Below, in pieces: positions 48,401-56,897 of a DNA stretch of 64,000 bases. The stretch spans positions 55-64,054 of IMG/VR virus record IMGVR_UViG_3300044535_001062; one strand, written 5' to 3'. The DNA comes from a virus. Its lineage: Duplodnaviria; Caudoviricetes. The notes beneath the pieces were generated by a model. It made no database searches. It was given only the letters and a program-made list of their open reading frames with translations, and had not been told where the DNA came from. How positions within the stretch are numbered: the first letter of the stretch is position 1; the number at the start of each line of letters is the position of its first letter. Made by a program: the position numbers and the translations under genes.

Positions 48401-50148
48401 GTAATTTGCGAAGCCCATTCTGATAAATCTTCATCTATCTTTTCGTCAAAATTAGACACGAAGAGTCTATTCGATACTATTTTTAAATTTTTTGCCTTGG
48501 TTACTTTTGCGGTCAAAGCCAGTATGTCAGCAGGAGCAAGTGTTATGTTGTCCTCTCCTACTCCAGTGTGAGAAATATTTAATTCAGTTTCATCTCCTAT
48601 TTTAAATCTTTGAACCAATTTCGCAGTAAATGTTTCTCCCTCATATTCAATTGCAACCAATTCAAAATAAGCAAATTCTCCACTAGGTATCGAAGTTAAT
48701 TTTAAATTCACACCTTTACCTGTAATTGTTCCAGGAGCATCTCCTCGAACTTCGCTAGGAGTTGATATTTTTTTGCTAAATATATTTATTGGGCTAGTGG
48801 GATATAAATAATCCGTTCCTATGAAATCATCTGTCAAAAATCTACCAGTATATCTTTTGTTTCCACAAGTCAAAGTTCCACCGCCCTCAGCAATGCTAAC
48901 AAATTCAATTTTTGCTGCCGGATTCTCAACAAATAACGATGTTTGCCTATCTACATCAGACAAATCAATAGATCCTCCGTTAATAGTTAAAACGTTATCT
49001 TGTGAATATGGATACGGTATTGTAAGAGTTCTTGGTTTATTGAAATCATCGGTCCAGTATATATTTACATCTTGCCCTCTTTTTTCAACTACACACTGCA
49101 CTTGATGCGATTTATCGAAGCCAAGAAGCTTAGAACGAAGTATTCTAGTATAAGTGTATGCATTCGTACTGTCATTGTATTGAACAACACCAATTTCACT
49201 TATAGTTCTAGTCGGAGTCCCCGAAACAATTTTTGCAGTAGTAGAAAAAACAACAGTATCCGTACCAACACTTTCCATTCCGATAATCTGAAAAGGCTGA
49301 ACGTCATCGATGAATTCTGAAACCTTTACAATACTTTCAACTAAATCTAACGTGCCCGGTGTAGTTGTTGTGTTTCCACTGCTGAAAATAGAAAAATCAT
49401 TATCAAGAGCAGTAGCCGGAGTTTTAACTACTTCTAAATATCCAGTGGTAGCTGATGTACGATAAAGAACACTTGATGTCAAATTTGCAGACAATGTTGT
49501 CAAAGTAGAAACAACCGTATTGTACAAATTGATTAAGGTAACAGCTGCAAATCCATTTATTCCAGCACCTGCAGATGTAAGATTTATCTTATATAAAGGA
49601 TCGAATGTAACACTAGGAGAAGGACTAGTAACGTAAGTTACTTGTGAATATAACTCTATGATTGTAGGAGAAATGACTCTTATATAATAAAAGTTGGTAT
49701 TTACTAGTCCTCCAATGGCAGTACCACCAAATGTAACAACATAGTTTACATATTCCCCATCTGTAAAACCATGAGGAGCAGTCGTAGTAATACGATCATT
49801 CAAGGTATCTACTGATGCTACTATTGCTGAAGTTCCTGCTGTACCAAGAGTTACTGTTTGTTGTGTAATAGTACTGAAGTTCTGCAGATAAAGAGTTCCG
49901 TTGTAATTTGCAGTAGGTTTAGCTGGACATTCCAGATTCACACGAAACTTTGCTACAGATAGATCCGGATTCGGAATGGTTACTTTCAAATCGTTTCCAT
50001 TCACCGGAGAAATTGCTACCATGTTATTTCCAGCAGAATCTCTGTGTCTTATGTTAAGAGCGTCAATATAGTTACCCTGACCAACCGCTTGTAGGTCAGA
50101 GTCAGAGTCCATTATTCCATTTTGAAGTAATCTTACGAATTGAGACAT
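45439..50148 (-). CDS. Tail stabilization / muzzle (nozzle) protein, crAss-like
   Basis: 1569 aa; G.MD.D...Y.DALN.R, IYWTD.FN.PR, Y.FGI, VFGGD.F, C-terminal RLWGKY.KI. Confidence 0.75.
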   Translation of the reverse strand: MSQFVRLLQNGIMDSDSDLQAVGQGNYIDALNIRHRDSAGNNMVAISPVNGNDLKVTIPNPDLSVAKFRVNLECPAKPTANYNGTLYLQNFSTITQQTVTLGTAGTSAIVASVDTLNDRITTTAPHGFTDGEYVNYVVTFGGTAIGGLVNTNFYYIRVISPTIIELYSQVTYVTSPSPSVTFDPLYKINLTSAGAGINGFAAVTLINLYNTVVSTLTTLSANLTSSVLYRTSATTGYLEVVKTPATALDNDFSIFSSGNTTTTPGTLDLVESIVKVSEFIDDVQPFQIIGMESVGTDTVVFSTTAKIVSGTPTRTISEIGVVQYNDSTNAYTYTRILRSKLLGFDKSHQVQCVVEKRGQDVNIYWTDDFNKPRTLTIPYPYSQDNVLTINGGSIDLSDVDRQTSLFVENPAAKIEFVSIAEGGGTLTCGNKRYTGRFLTDDFIGTDYLYPTSPINIFSKKISTPSEVRGDAPGTITGKGVNLKLTSIPSGEFAYFELVAIEYEGETFTAKLVQRFKIGDETELNISHTGVGEDNITLAPADILALTAKVTKAKNLKIVSNRLFVSNFDEKIDEDLSEWASQITHSLEIRQIPSIWRGNRFGWNDIAKQYPSYRYGEYQDPKNVNNYVGYMMNDTYRFGIQVQWKTTGKWSNAYWLDDIRFDTAVDNVTLPNRRTANNITTTNFTDFDSEYVNIVYPKFSNINLQYVVNGQSLFDLVKSYRIVRAERIPEVLATGIFLAGVKEDTVPSTDNNVIPYNKDITFNPYVFSVYPNNQCRRDGNTGQPQISVQLGSADRSEFVYFYSPDIYFNTTQYNYSNTDIIKVLSVPLPYDEYTIQGHVVGEYESVHQEYTGWFGSSLINYTNFNITDSRPFVTGELLSGWGGTTVIKNGISVPPSGRTVGTVNQFYSNNLNCHIFKLSTKLYPTIQGAVGTFPATGSGTFLREGCVYGQIFRNLGANLKYAKNKNETLYESTGHIRILGSGDRQTLTDDVFGGDVFTQKTHMKIRSTNNQQADGFGRTNGFGLGFSFYSQNVSNTQMFYTVDYDGSETGSGYIYPQYVDKNAKKGTFDVYIRDWSIANSPRLLAAGSLATGLISWLEQWPEIENQNNYDSQYSIIDNTILENGYDEANEWDGKRPASIRWSQVKTTGSQKDNYRIFKPIDVVDLDTNQGEITEMEVINGSLYTLQPYSVRRQFINEGQLFTTSAGTDIVLGSGDVLKIPGPQLSGYGATDKFAVVKGKTFTGDENLYWYNSEIRKVVRLSGNGVSVISDKGMLSFLLNNAKWVNLGIQPITGYGVCAGFNNQFYEVIFAFKGIDPTLQQHTLGTSYTVGNLVINNFLGDVNTTLYPGNNLVAPRHVSGMSYVYRCKVNHTSSGTDIPGMGFFWPTYWEQLTPETHPQYYTMFSLVYDEVKNGFISKLSMWPNIMTTRTNTFYSSKPNEQNKIYVQNTGSYNTFYGTGYDGYIEGVVNIDPNLSKTYEAVQAVTHTTPKRIDFGTRDHISYLDDVEFEELEDYYYAPVKNDSTVSGVNSSDTSRLWGKYMKIKLKFQAGIFQKLFNYIIKYRPNHRLYNK

Positions 50149-50150
50149 AT

Positions 50151-50642
50151 TTAAAAATTAGCTGCTCTTTGAAATTGAAATTCTTTTCTGTAACTTTCCA
50201 TTATTGCACCGTAGCGATCGAAGTGTCTGCGACAATACTTCCAGCCAACATAAGCAACAAGCATTCTTTCCCATTCTTGCTTTAAGTAAACGTGACCATC
50301 TTCTGTGATAGGAAAGCCTTTGTACTGAACTTGGAATCTGGTGTTATCTGTAATATTCAAAGCACTCTTGAAGATTATGTAATCGTTCTGGATTTCAAAA
50401 TCAATTCCCTCGCAATATCTATCACCGTCACAAAGCTTTACAATTTTCACAGACATTACACCTTCCGGCAGTTTTAGACGTGAGTCCTCAGCCTCTAAAA
50501 CAACATCGTAAAATCTCTGCACACTAGCAGCACGAAAGGTTTTCAGTGCTTGGTTTACCAAGACTTTAAACCACAGAGCATTCTCAGAATAACTAGCTTG
50601 TAATTCTTCGCATGCTGCAGATATAACGTCTTCAATTTTCAT
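50151..50642 (-). CDS. Tail ring / adaptor protein
   Basis: LP....V...Y.GFP...DG pattern; synteny. Confidence 0.6.
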   Translation of the reverse strand: MKIEDVISAACEELQASYSENALWFKVLVNQALKTFRAASVQRFYDVVLEAEDSRLKLPEGVMSVKIVKLCDGDRYCEGIDFEIQNDYIIFKSALNITDNTRFQVQYKGFPITEDGHVYLKQEWERMLVAYVGWKYCRRHFDRYGAIMESYRKEFQFQRAANF

Positions 50643-50645
50643 TTA

Positions 50646-51302
50646 TTATTGTGGTTTATTTGGAATGGTATCCTGGGAATCAGAAATAGCATCTGCTACT
50701 CTAACCGCTTTTCTCAAAAGATCAGTGCTAATAGCTTCAACGATTTCGTTTTCCATTGCTGCGTCAATTGGATATTGATCCACATCAATACGATAGTTTG
50801 GTACATCCGTTGGATCGTTAAATATCGCACGCACCAAAAGTTTTCTTAGCTTGGTGTTTTTGTAAACATTGATGTAGCTGTAGCCATCGTAATCTACAAT
50901 GTAATCCCACACAACCTCTTTTTCTTTTTGAAAAATAGAATGCATAGACAAAGCCGTAAAGTTTGATCTAAGACGAATAAATGGTTTCTGTTGGTTAACG
51001 TGCCCAACATAAATAAAACCGTCTTGTCTATCGTCAAGTCTAATAACAGAAGGACATGGAAAACGAACCACGTCACAATCAGTCTGTATGTCATCATCGA
51101 GTATTTCAACACTAATTGCCTGTACACATGCTTCGTTTATTCTGTCGCTGTAAGGTTGTTTGTAACCTGCTGACAATATGGATGCTCTGGCCGTATGAAT
51201 CTTTGATTCTATAAATGCATCGTCATATCTAACTTCATCTGTGGTTATTCCACCACTCACGTTAGATATGATTCGCTGTGTAATTTCTCTGAGCGTGCTC
51301 AT
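50646..51302 (-). CDS. Tail ring / adaptor protein
   Basis: TL.EI...AIF.DP...YPID; synteny. Confidence 0.65.
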   Translation of the reverse strand: MSTLREITQRIISNVSGGITTDEVRYDDAFIESKIHTARASILSAGYKQPYSDRINEACVQAISVEILDDDIQTDCDVVRFPCPSVIRLDDRQDGFIYVGHVNQQKPFIRLRSNFTALSMHSIFQKEKEVVWDYIVDYDGYSYINVYKNTKLRKLLVRAIFNDPTDVPNYRIDVDQYPIDAAMENEIVEAISTDLLRKAVRVADAISDSQDTIPNKPQ

Positions 51303-51305
51303 CTA

Positions 51306-52133
51306 TTAGGGGTTAATTGCAATATCCTGTGCAGAACTGTTTCGTAATTCATTATCACGAACCTGTCCGGCATATGTAAATACACATTCGTCAACTAAAC
51401 GGTAAAGAAACTTTTCCGTGTAAGCTGTGATTTGTGTCGAACCAGTTGACGTAAATATCTGTCCGTTTGTAGAAGTCGGCTGTGCCATGTAATCTACTTT
51501 TATAGACTTGGGTGTCGGAAACAAATACAATGATTTGGTGTTGCCTGTTCCAAGAATACGATTCTGTAGCTGATACTTCGGGCTGAAAATTGTAGGAGTA
51601 TGATAAACATCAATTTTTCTATCTGAAAAATACGGCTTAGCTTCTCTTTCAATAACTATTCTAACAGGCTCTCCGGTGTTCATCGTGAGATTGCTAGATA
51701 CTGTAAAAGTAGTACGTGTTACTTTTGTGCATGTTCCAACCTGTCCTGCAAAATCGGAAATTGAATCACCTTTTCTAACCACATGACCAGGAGCTACGAA
51801 TACGTAAACATACGGCCCAACACCGGTAAATGTAACACTGTCAAAAGATTGTAGTTTGTGGAACGTAAACGCAACTCTAAACAAGTGCATGTAAGTCCTA
51901 TCTAATCCAACTAAGTCATAGTATGGATTACTCACCGGCTTTACTTCGTCTTTTATCAAAAGACTCCAAAGCTCATCGTATTCTTTCTGCAAGTCCAAAT
52001 CTCTGTAAATTTTTTCACAGAGTCTGTAAATAGTTTCCTCAATAATTCGGTCGGCTTTTCCGGTATCGATATACGCACTGTAAGCCTTATCTATCTTTTG
52101 CTGAAGAAGTGTATAAAATTGTGCGCCAGTCAT
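51306..52133 (-). CDS. Tail ring / head-tail connector protein
   Basis: KIDK...DY...P...LVD..V; synteny. Confidence 0.6.
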   Translation of the reverse strand: MTGAQFYTLLQQKIDKAYSAYIDTGKADRIIEETIYRLCEKIYRDLDLQKEYDELWSLLIKDEVKPVSNPYYDLVGLDRTYMHLFRVAFTFHKLQSFDSVTFTGVGPYVYVFVAPGHVVRKGDSISDFAGQVGTCTKVTRTTFTVSSNLTMNTGEPVRIVIEREAKPYFSDRKIDVYHTPTIFSPKYQLQNRILGTGNTKSLYLFPTPKSIKVDYMAQPTSTNGQIFTSTGSTQITAYTEKFLYRLVDECVFTYAGQVRDNELRNSSAQDIAINP

Positions 52134-52157
52134 TAATACAAATATACGAAAATTAAA

Positions 52158-52748
52158 TCAATCCCATATATTTTTACTCTTCCTCAAAAATTGAACGTGA
52201 TCTTCAGTTTCATGTATTTTTTCCAGTAGTTCGTCAGCAGTAAATTTTGTTATGACTTTTGATAACGAAACAATCTCATCAGCCATGCCTTTTCCATATC
52301 GTGCATCTAATCTTTTGCCGTATTCATACTGCATTCCACTCATACCAACATTACAAGCATAACACTGAGGAGCACAATTTCCAACGTGAAACCGGGTTGA
52401 CATGAATCTTCTTGACTGAAAATGACCATTTTGTATCTTTCTCCAGTATTCCAGTCTGTCGCAAGTAAAACATTTTACCATGCCATTGTTATCTGCATGC
52501 AACAAACGAATGTAAACTGAAAACACGGTGTCCAGTTTTTTGGTCAAAGACGATATACTTAGTTTCTTTTTTGTTTTTAGGATTTCGGCTCGTTCCTTCT
52601 TTTTTTGAAGATTATATTTTTTTAAACAAGTTATGCACAGTTTTTTTGTCTTGTTGGCAAACGGTCTATTTCTACCACAAGAAGAACAAGTGGTTACTTT
52701 TTCAACCGGTTCTTTTTTCGATGCTGTAAATTTTTTTCTGGGTAACAT
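52158..52748 (-). CDS. ninG: NinG / Rap-family recombination endonuclease
   Basis: LD.VFS.YIR...CFTC...NGHF.SR...TRF...NC..QC..CN; start moved to ATG 52748. Confidence 0.85.
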   Translation of the reverse strand: MLPRKKFTASKKEPVEKVTTCSSCGRNRPFANKTKKLCITCLKKYNLQKKKERAEILKTKKKLSISSLTKKLDTVFSVYIRLLHADNNGMVKCFTCDRLEYWRKIQNGHFQSRRFMSTRFHVGNCAPQCYACNVGMSGMQYEYGKRLDARYGKGMADEIVSLSKVITKFTADELLEKIHETEDHVQFLRKSKNIWD

Positions 52749-52758
52749 AGATAAAAAC

Positions 52759-52789
52759 AAAAACCCCCTCCGATTTCTCGAAGGGGGAA
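52759..52789 (-). terminator. Intrinsic terminator
   Basis: CCCCCT.CGA / TCG.AGGGGG hairpin followed by a T run on the - strand. Confidence 0.6.
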
Positions 52790-52801
52790 ACAAAATGAAT
52801 A

Positions 52802-53665
52802 TTACGGAACTAATTTATCAACGAGCTCTTTCTTTCTTGCTCTTTTCTCTCTAACTGATTTCAACTTATCGTTAATGATGTTTGTCACATCTTTCGAGTC
52901 AAAATCATTTAAGTCTTCTGATGGATCAACGATGTGTTTGTCACACTCCGGAACGATGAAGCCATAGAAGAAGTCTTTATCGCTGTTGCACATGTCAACA
53001 ACATCTCTTTCCTGGGATCCAAGTGTACGACCACCAACACGGAAGTATCCATTTTCCTGCTTGATGATACCCAGAGAAATTGCTTTATTTACATAAACTT
53101 TGACTTTGCGATCGGTGTCGATAGAATCATAATAATGTTCAAAAACATTTTTACGAGTAATCGCATCTCCTGCCAAGTTTGCACCAATCAAACGACTGAT
53201 CAGTTCCCGGTGAGTCATGCCTCTAGCATCAATACCTAAAGCAAATGCTAGGTCATGCTTTTCCTCAAACGACAACGATAAACACTTGAGTGCAATATCA
53301 AGGTTTTCGTTCATTGCTTCGATTTCATTGTCAATCACTTTATGCTGAAGCACCAGTGTAAACAAAGGGCTGATAGAATTAGGATTGGTGTGACCAACAC
53401 AATAAACCAATGGGTGATTGATGTAGAAATCAACTACAGCCAATTCGTCTTTACTGTTGTCATCGTATTCCAACGTGTACATTGCACCATCGGAAAGAAG
53501 AACATCGAACTGTTTGTAGGAGCCATCATTCTCAAAATCTGAAATAACACGCTTACCGTTTTCTACAACGTACAAGTGCTTTCTGCTAACCTTGTCATAG
53601 TAACTCCCCTGGAGCGTGTAAGTACCTTTAGGGGATTTTGCTGATAATAGAATTTTACGAATCAT
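52802..53665 (-). CDS. Conserved capsid-module protein of unknown function
   Basis: 287 aa; KA...GII......Y...G..LG motif; position after the capsid genes. Confidence 0.7.
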   Translation of the reverse strand: MIRKILLSAKSPKGTYTLQGSYYDKVSRKHLYVVENGKRVISDFENDGSYKQFDVLLSDGAMYTLEYDDNSKDELAVVDFYINHPLVYCVGHTNPNSISPLFTLVLQHKVIDNEIEAMNENLDIALKCLSLSFEEKHDLAFALGIDARGMTHRELISRLIGANLAGDAITRKNVFEHYYDSIDTDRKVKVYVNKAISLGIIKQENGYFRVGGRTLGSQERDVVDMCNSDKDFFYGFIVPECDKHIVDPSEDLNDFDSKDVTNIINDKLKSVREKRARKKELVDKLVP

Positions 53666-53701
53666 ATATTTTTCTTTGGCGAATATAGTTCTAATTTAGG
53701 G

Positions 53702-53731
53702 AAAAAAGAAAGGGGAGGACGAATCCTCCCC
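53702..53731 (-). terminator. Intrinsic terminator after the capsid genes
   Basis: AGGGGAGGA-TTCG-TCCTCCCCT-TTCTTTTTT on the - strand. Confidence 0.85.
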
Positions 53732-53745
53732 TAAAAAGTAACGAA

Positions 53746-54486
53746 TTACAGGTTGTAAGCAGCAGGTGAAGTGAACGGAGCAGCGATGAATGCGTCAATA
53801 GCAGTAATCAAAGTCGATTGAGTTGTGTTAACCCAAACGGTCTGTTCCATTAAGTTGTCACCAGCACCAGCAAAACCAGAGTTAGTGCTAGCTTTTACTT
53901 TGAAAACATACTGAGTGTACAGGTTTCCAGCGATAGCTGAAGTGTAACCCAGAGCAGTCAAGTAAGAAGCAAGACCGTAAGGCTTTGTGAAAGCTACAGT
54001 CTGAGCAATAGCCAGAGTACCAGCACCGCTACTAACGATGTTGATGTTCTGAGGAATTGTGGTGTTAGAAGTAACAGTAACCAGAGTAGTACCATCGGTA
54101 GCAGTTACACCGAAAGCAGCACCAATTGCATTGATTGAAGCGGTCAAGCCGGCAGTAATCTCAGCAACAGTAGCAGTAGCATCAGAAGTGTAAGAAGCAG
54201 TGAAGGTAACCAGCTGAGGACCGAAGTAGCCCCAATCAGACTCTTTGTACACACTAACAGTTACACTGTAATCAGTGTTGTTAGCAGCAGTAGGAGTGAT
54301 AGTCATAGAACGGCTCGCACCAGCTTGTCCAGCCTGTTTGGTCACGGTAAAGATACCGGGGATCTCCATAGGTACATACTTAAGAGCATCGATGTTGGTA
54401 ATATCCACACCAACTTTGGTGAAGAATAATTTACCTTGGTCAACGGCCAAAGTAGAAGCACCATTAAAAACACATGTAGTTTGCAT
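53746..54486 (-). CDS. Auxiliary capsid / decoration protein
   Basis: Thr/Ala-rich; directly after the MCP; strongly biased codon usage. Confidence 0.65.
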   Translation of the reverse strand: MQTTCVFNGASTLAVDQGKLFFTKVGVDITNIDALKYVPMEIPGIFTVTKQAGQAGASRSMTITPTAANNTDYSVTVSVYKESDWGYFGPQLVTFTASYTSDATATVAEITAGLTASINAIGAAFGVTATDGTTLVTVTSNTTIPQNINIVSSGAGTLAIAQTVAFTKPYGLASYLTALGYTSAIAGNLYTQYVFKVKASTNSGFAGAGDNLMEQTVWVNTTQSTLITAIDAFIAAPFTSPAAYNL

Positions 54487-54507
54487 TGTTGTAATCTCCT
54501 TTTAAAA

Positions 54508-55869
54508 TTAAGCGATAAGTTCGATCAGTCCCATACGCTCAGAAGCGCAATAAAGACCGCAGTCAGACAAAATGTGGAAATCCACACCATCAACGTCACT
54601 TGAAGCAAGTGAACCGCTGAGGCCATTAGCAAGAGCTTGCTTAACGCTAGAAGGATTGCTGTCCTGCAGACCAATCAGACCAGGTACGTAAGCAGCAAGC
54701 AGCTCGTCACTGTTAAAGTGATACTTCTGCAGAGGAGACAGGTTTCCGCTACCGTCAGCAGCAGGAATAGCAGTCAAGTCAACTACGTAGATAGAGTGAG
54801 ACATACGAGGCTTACCAGTAACGCTAGAAAGATCACCTTTGAAAGCATCGTCATCGAGCAGAGCCCAACGAACGAAATCGATCTTCATACCAGCGTAGCT
54901 GTAAGTCATAACGTTCAAACCTTCAACGCTAACACCACCCAAGGTGTTATTACTACCACCGTACTGGATGTAAGGAGACAGCAGAGTCTGAAGACGAGCC
55001 ATAGCAGCAGTACCCATAAGAGCAACCAGGTTACGTCCGTTTTCAGCACTCTTGCGAACCAGATTTTCCAGGAAGTCGTTGAACTGAGACTGAGTGAACT
55101 CAGTAGTCATAGGCAGGTAAGTACCACCATTGTTGATGATAGACCAACGCAGACCACCGGTAGTGTAAGCTTCGCCTTGAGGACCAGCTACAACAGCACG
55201 CTCAGAGAAAGCATATTTGAACTCCAAGCTCTTAGAGAACTTACGCAGAGCCAAATCATCATAGCTACGATACCAGAAATCACCCTGCCACTTTACGAAA
55301 GAAGCAGTGCGGTCACGCCTAGCTTGGCTAGAGCTTTCACGAGTGATAGCAGTGTAGGTATAGTCGGTCTGAGGAACGATGCTCAGAGGACTTTTACCAT
55401 TGCTATAGCGGTTAGCAGAAGAGTCAAACAGAACCTTAGCGATGCTTCCACTCAAGAAGTGAGTAGCAGTGCTAAGAGAAACGCTTACACGCTTGATAAC
55501 TACCAAATTTCCACCACCAGAAGGTTTGTCTACGATGATACCTTGAACCAGGTTAGCATCAGCGATGATATCACCGATACGGAAGTTAGAGGCATCGTCC
55601 AGAGTCAGCAACAGGGCTTCGCCAGTTGCATAGCCGGTAGGAACGGTAGGAGCTGCAGCAATACGAGAATATACGCTGAAGTTACCAAGGGCACTGATTT
55701 CTACTTTGGGTTGGTTGGTAGAAATTGAAGATGCCAGCTTGGAAGTCAACTGCGTCAATACATTGTACCCATAATCTTGGGCATAAACCATCGCCATTTT
55801 GTTAGGCAGGCTCAACCCCCGGAGGAGGAGCGACTGGTTTAAATCGAGGTTAGTAATTGGACTTGCCAT
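54508..55869 (-). CDS. Major capsid protein
   Basis: 453 aa; follows portal and scaffold; TTGGL...I...G motif; high-expression codon bias. Confidence 0.85.
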   Translation of the reverse strand: MASPITNLDLNQSLLLRGLSLPNKMAMVYAQDYGYNVLTQLTSKLASSISTNQPKVEISALGNFSVYSRIAAAPTVPTGYATGEALLLTLDDASNFRIGDIIADANLVQGIIVDKPSGGGNLVVIKRVSVSLSTATHFLSGSIAKVLFDSSANRYSNGKSPLSIVPQTDYTYTAITRESSSQARRDRTASFVKWQGDFWYRSYDDLALRKFSKSLEFKYAFSERAVVAGPQGEAYTTGGLRWSIINNGGTYLPMTTEFTQSQFNDFLENLVRKSAENGRNLVALMGTAAMARLQTLLSPYIQYGGSNNTLGGVSVEGLNVMTYSYAGMKIDFVRWALLDDDAFKGDLSSVTGKPRMSHSIYVVDLTAIPAADGSGNLSPLQKYHFNSDELLAAYVPGLIGLQDSNPSSVKQALANGLSGSLASSDVDGVDFHILSDCGLYCASERMGLIELIA

Positions 55870-55881
55870 TGTTTAATTTGT

Positions 55882-56865
55882 TTATCTTTTTTTGGCGTTG
55901 AGGTAGGATGAGAACGCATCGTCAGCAGTTAAGCCTTGGAAACCATTATTGGTGTTTGATGGTCCTCTTCCATCGGACGGATTTGTTGTCGCCTCCAACA
56001 TTTCTCTCCGTCCGCTATTTTTTGCCTTGGTCACATTGGTACGCACGATATCTTTACCGTACAGTCTCCATAATGCAAAGTCAGCAAGTAAGTCGGCATC
56101 GATGGATCCATCGTTGCGATTAAGATTAATTTCGCTTGTCAAAAAGTTCTTAATCTTGGAAGACATTTCGTCTGTAACCTTAAGACCGTAAACTTCTTTA
56201 CCCGAAAGTTCTTTCGCAATAGAATCTACTTCAGCCTGAAAACGCATCAGAGTCTGTGTCGTTTCTTCTTTCTGTTTCGCTGGTGCTGAGGTTAACCGTT
56301 TCAGTTTATCCTCGTTCCTTGAAATAAAAGCATTTCGATACTCCGATACAAGTTTTTTCCTTTGGAAAAGACTCATTTGATTGAACTCTTCAACGGCTGC
56401 GTTATAGTCGTCACCAGTGAATCCTTCTAATTCTTTGAGTCCCATTTCAATGATACTAACTTCGTCAAGGTTGGCATAATCTGGAAGATCAAACTCCTTA
56501 ACGAACTCTTTCAAAGTCTTTCCGGACTTCTTGAATTCTTTCAGCAGTTTAACGTCTTCGTCATCATCTTCCTTAACTTCTTCTAAAGTAGGCTTTGTCT
56601 CAGCAGCTTTTTCACCGGGCTTAGCTTCTTCATCAAGTTCGTACCATTCTTTTTCTAGTTTCTGTTCTTCGTTGTTTTGATTTTCCTCTTTTGTAGTTTG
56701 AACATTTTGTTCTTTGTTTTCTTCTGCAGGGGTTTCTGAAACCACAGGTTTGGCTTCTTGCTTCTCTACAGGAGTTTCTGGTTTGGCTTCTTCGGCCGGT
56801 TTAACGTTAGTTTTAGCAAGTTTGTCGTCCTGCTCTTTTAACTGTTGTTCGATTTGATCGTACAT
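55882..56865 (-). CDS. Capsid scaffolding protein
   Basis: Acidic, low-complexity protein between portal and MCP; start moved to ATG 56865. Confidence 0.7.
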   Translation of the reverse strand: MYDQIEQQLKEQDDKLAKTNVKPAEEAKPETPVEKQEAKPVVSETPAEENKEQNVQTTKEENQNNEEQKLEKEWYELDEEAKPGEKAAETKPTLEEVKEDDDEDVKLLKEFKKSGKTLKEFVKEFDLPDYANLDEVSIIEMGLKELEGFTGDDYNAAVEEFNQMSLFQRKKLVSEYRNAFISRNEDKLKRLTSAPAKQKEETTQTLMRFQAEVDSIAKELSGKEVYGLKVTDEMSSKIKNFLTSEINLNRNDGSIDADLLADFALWRLYGKDIVRTNVTKAKNSGRREMLEATTNPSDGRGPSNTNNGFQGLTADDAFSSYLNAKKR

Positions 56866-56897
56866 ATTTTGCAAATTTAGTGATTTTTATTCTAATT

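Noticed and set aside
30168-51173. Many + strand ORFs inside the late genes
   Set aside because: Antisense shadows of long - strand genes
54637-55728. 363-aa + strand ORF antisense to the major capsid gene
   Set aside because: Explained by the codon bias of the capsid gene; no recognisable protein features
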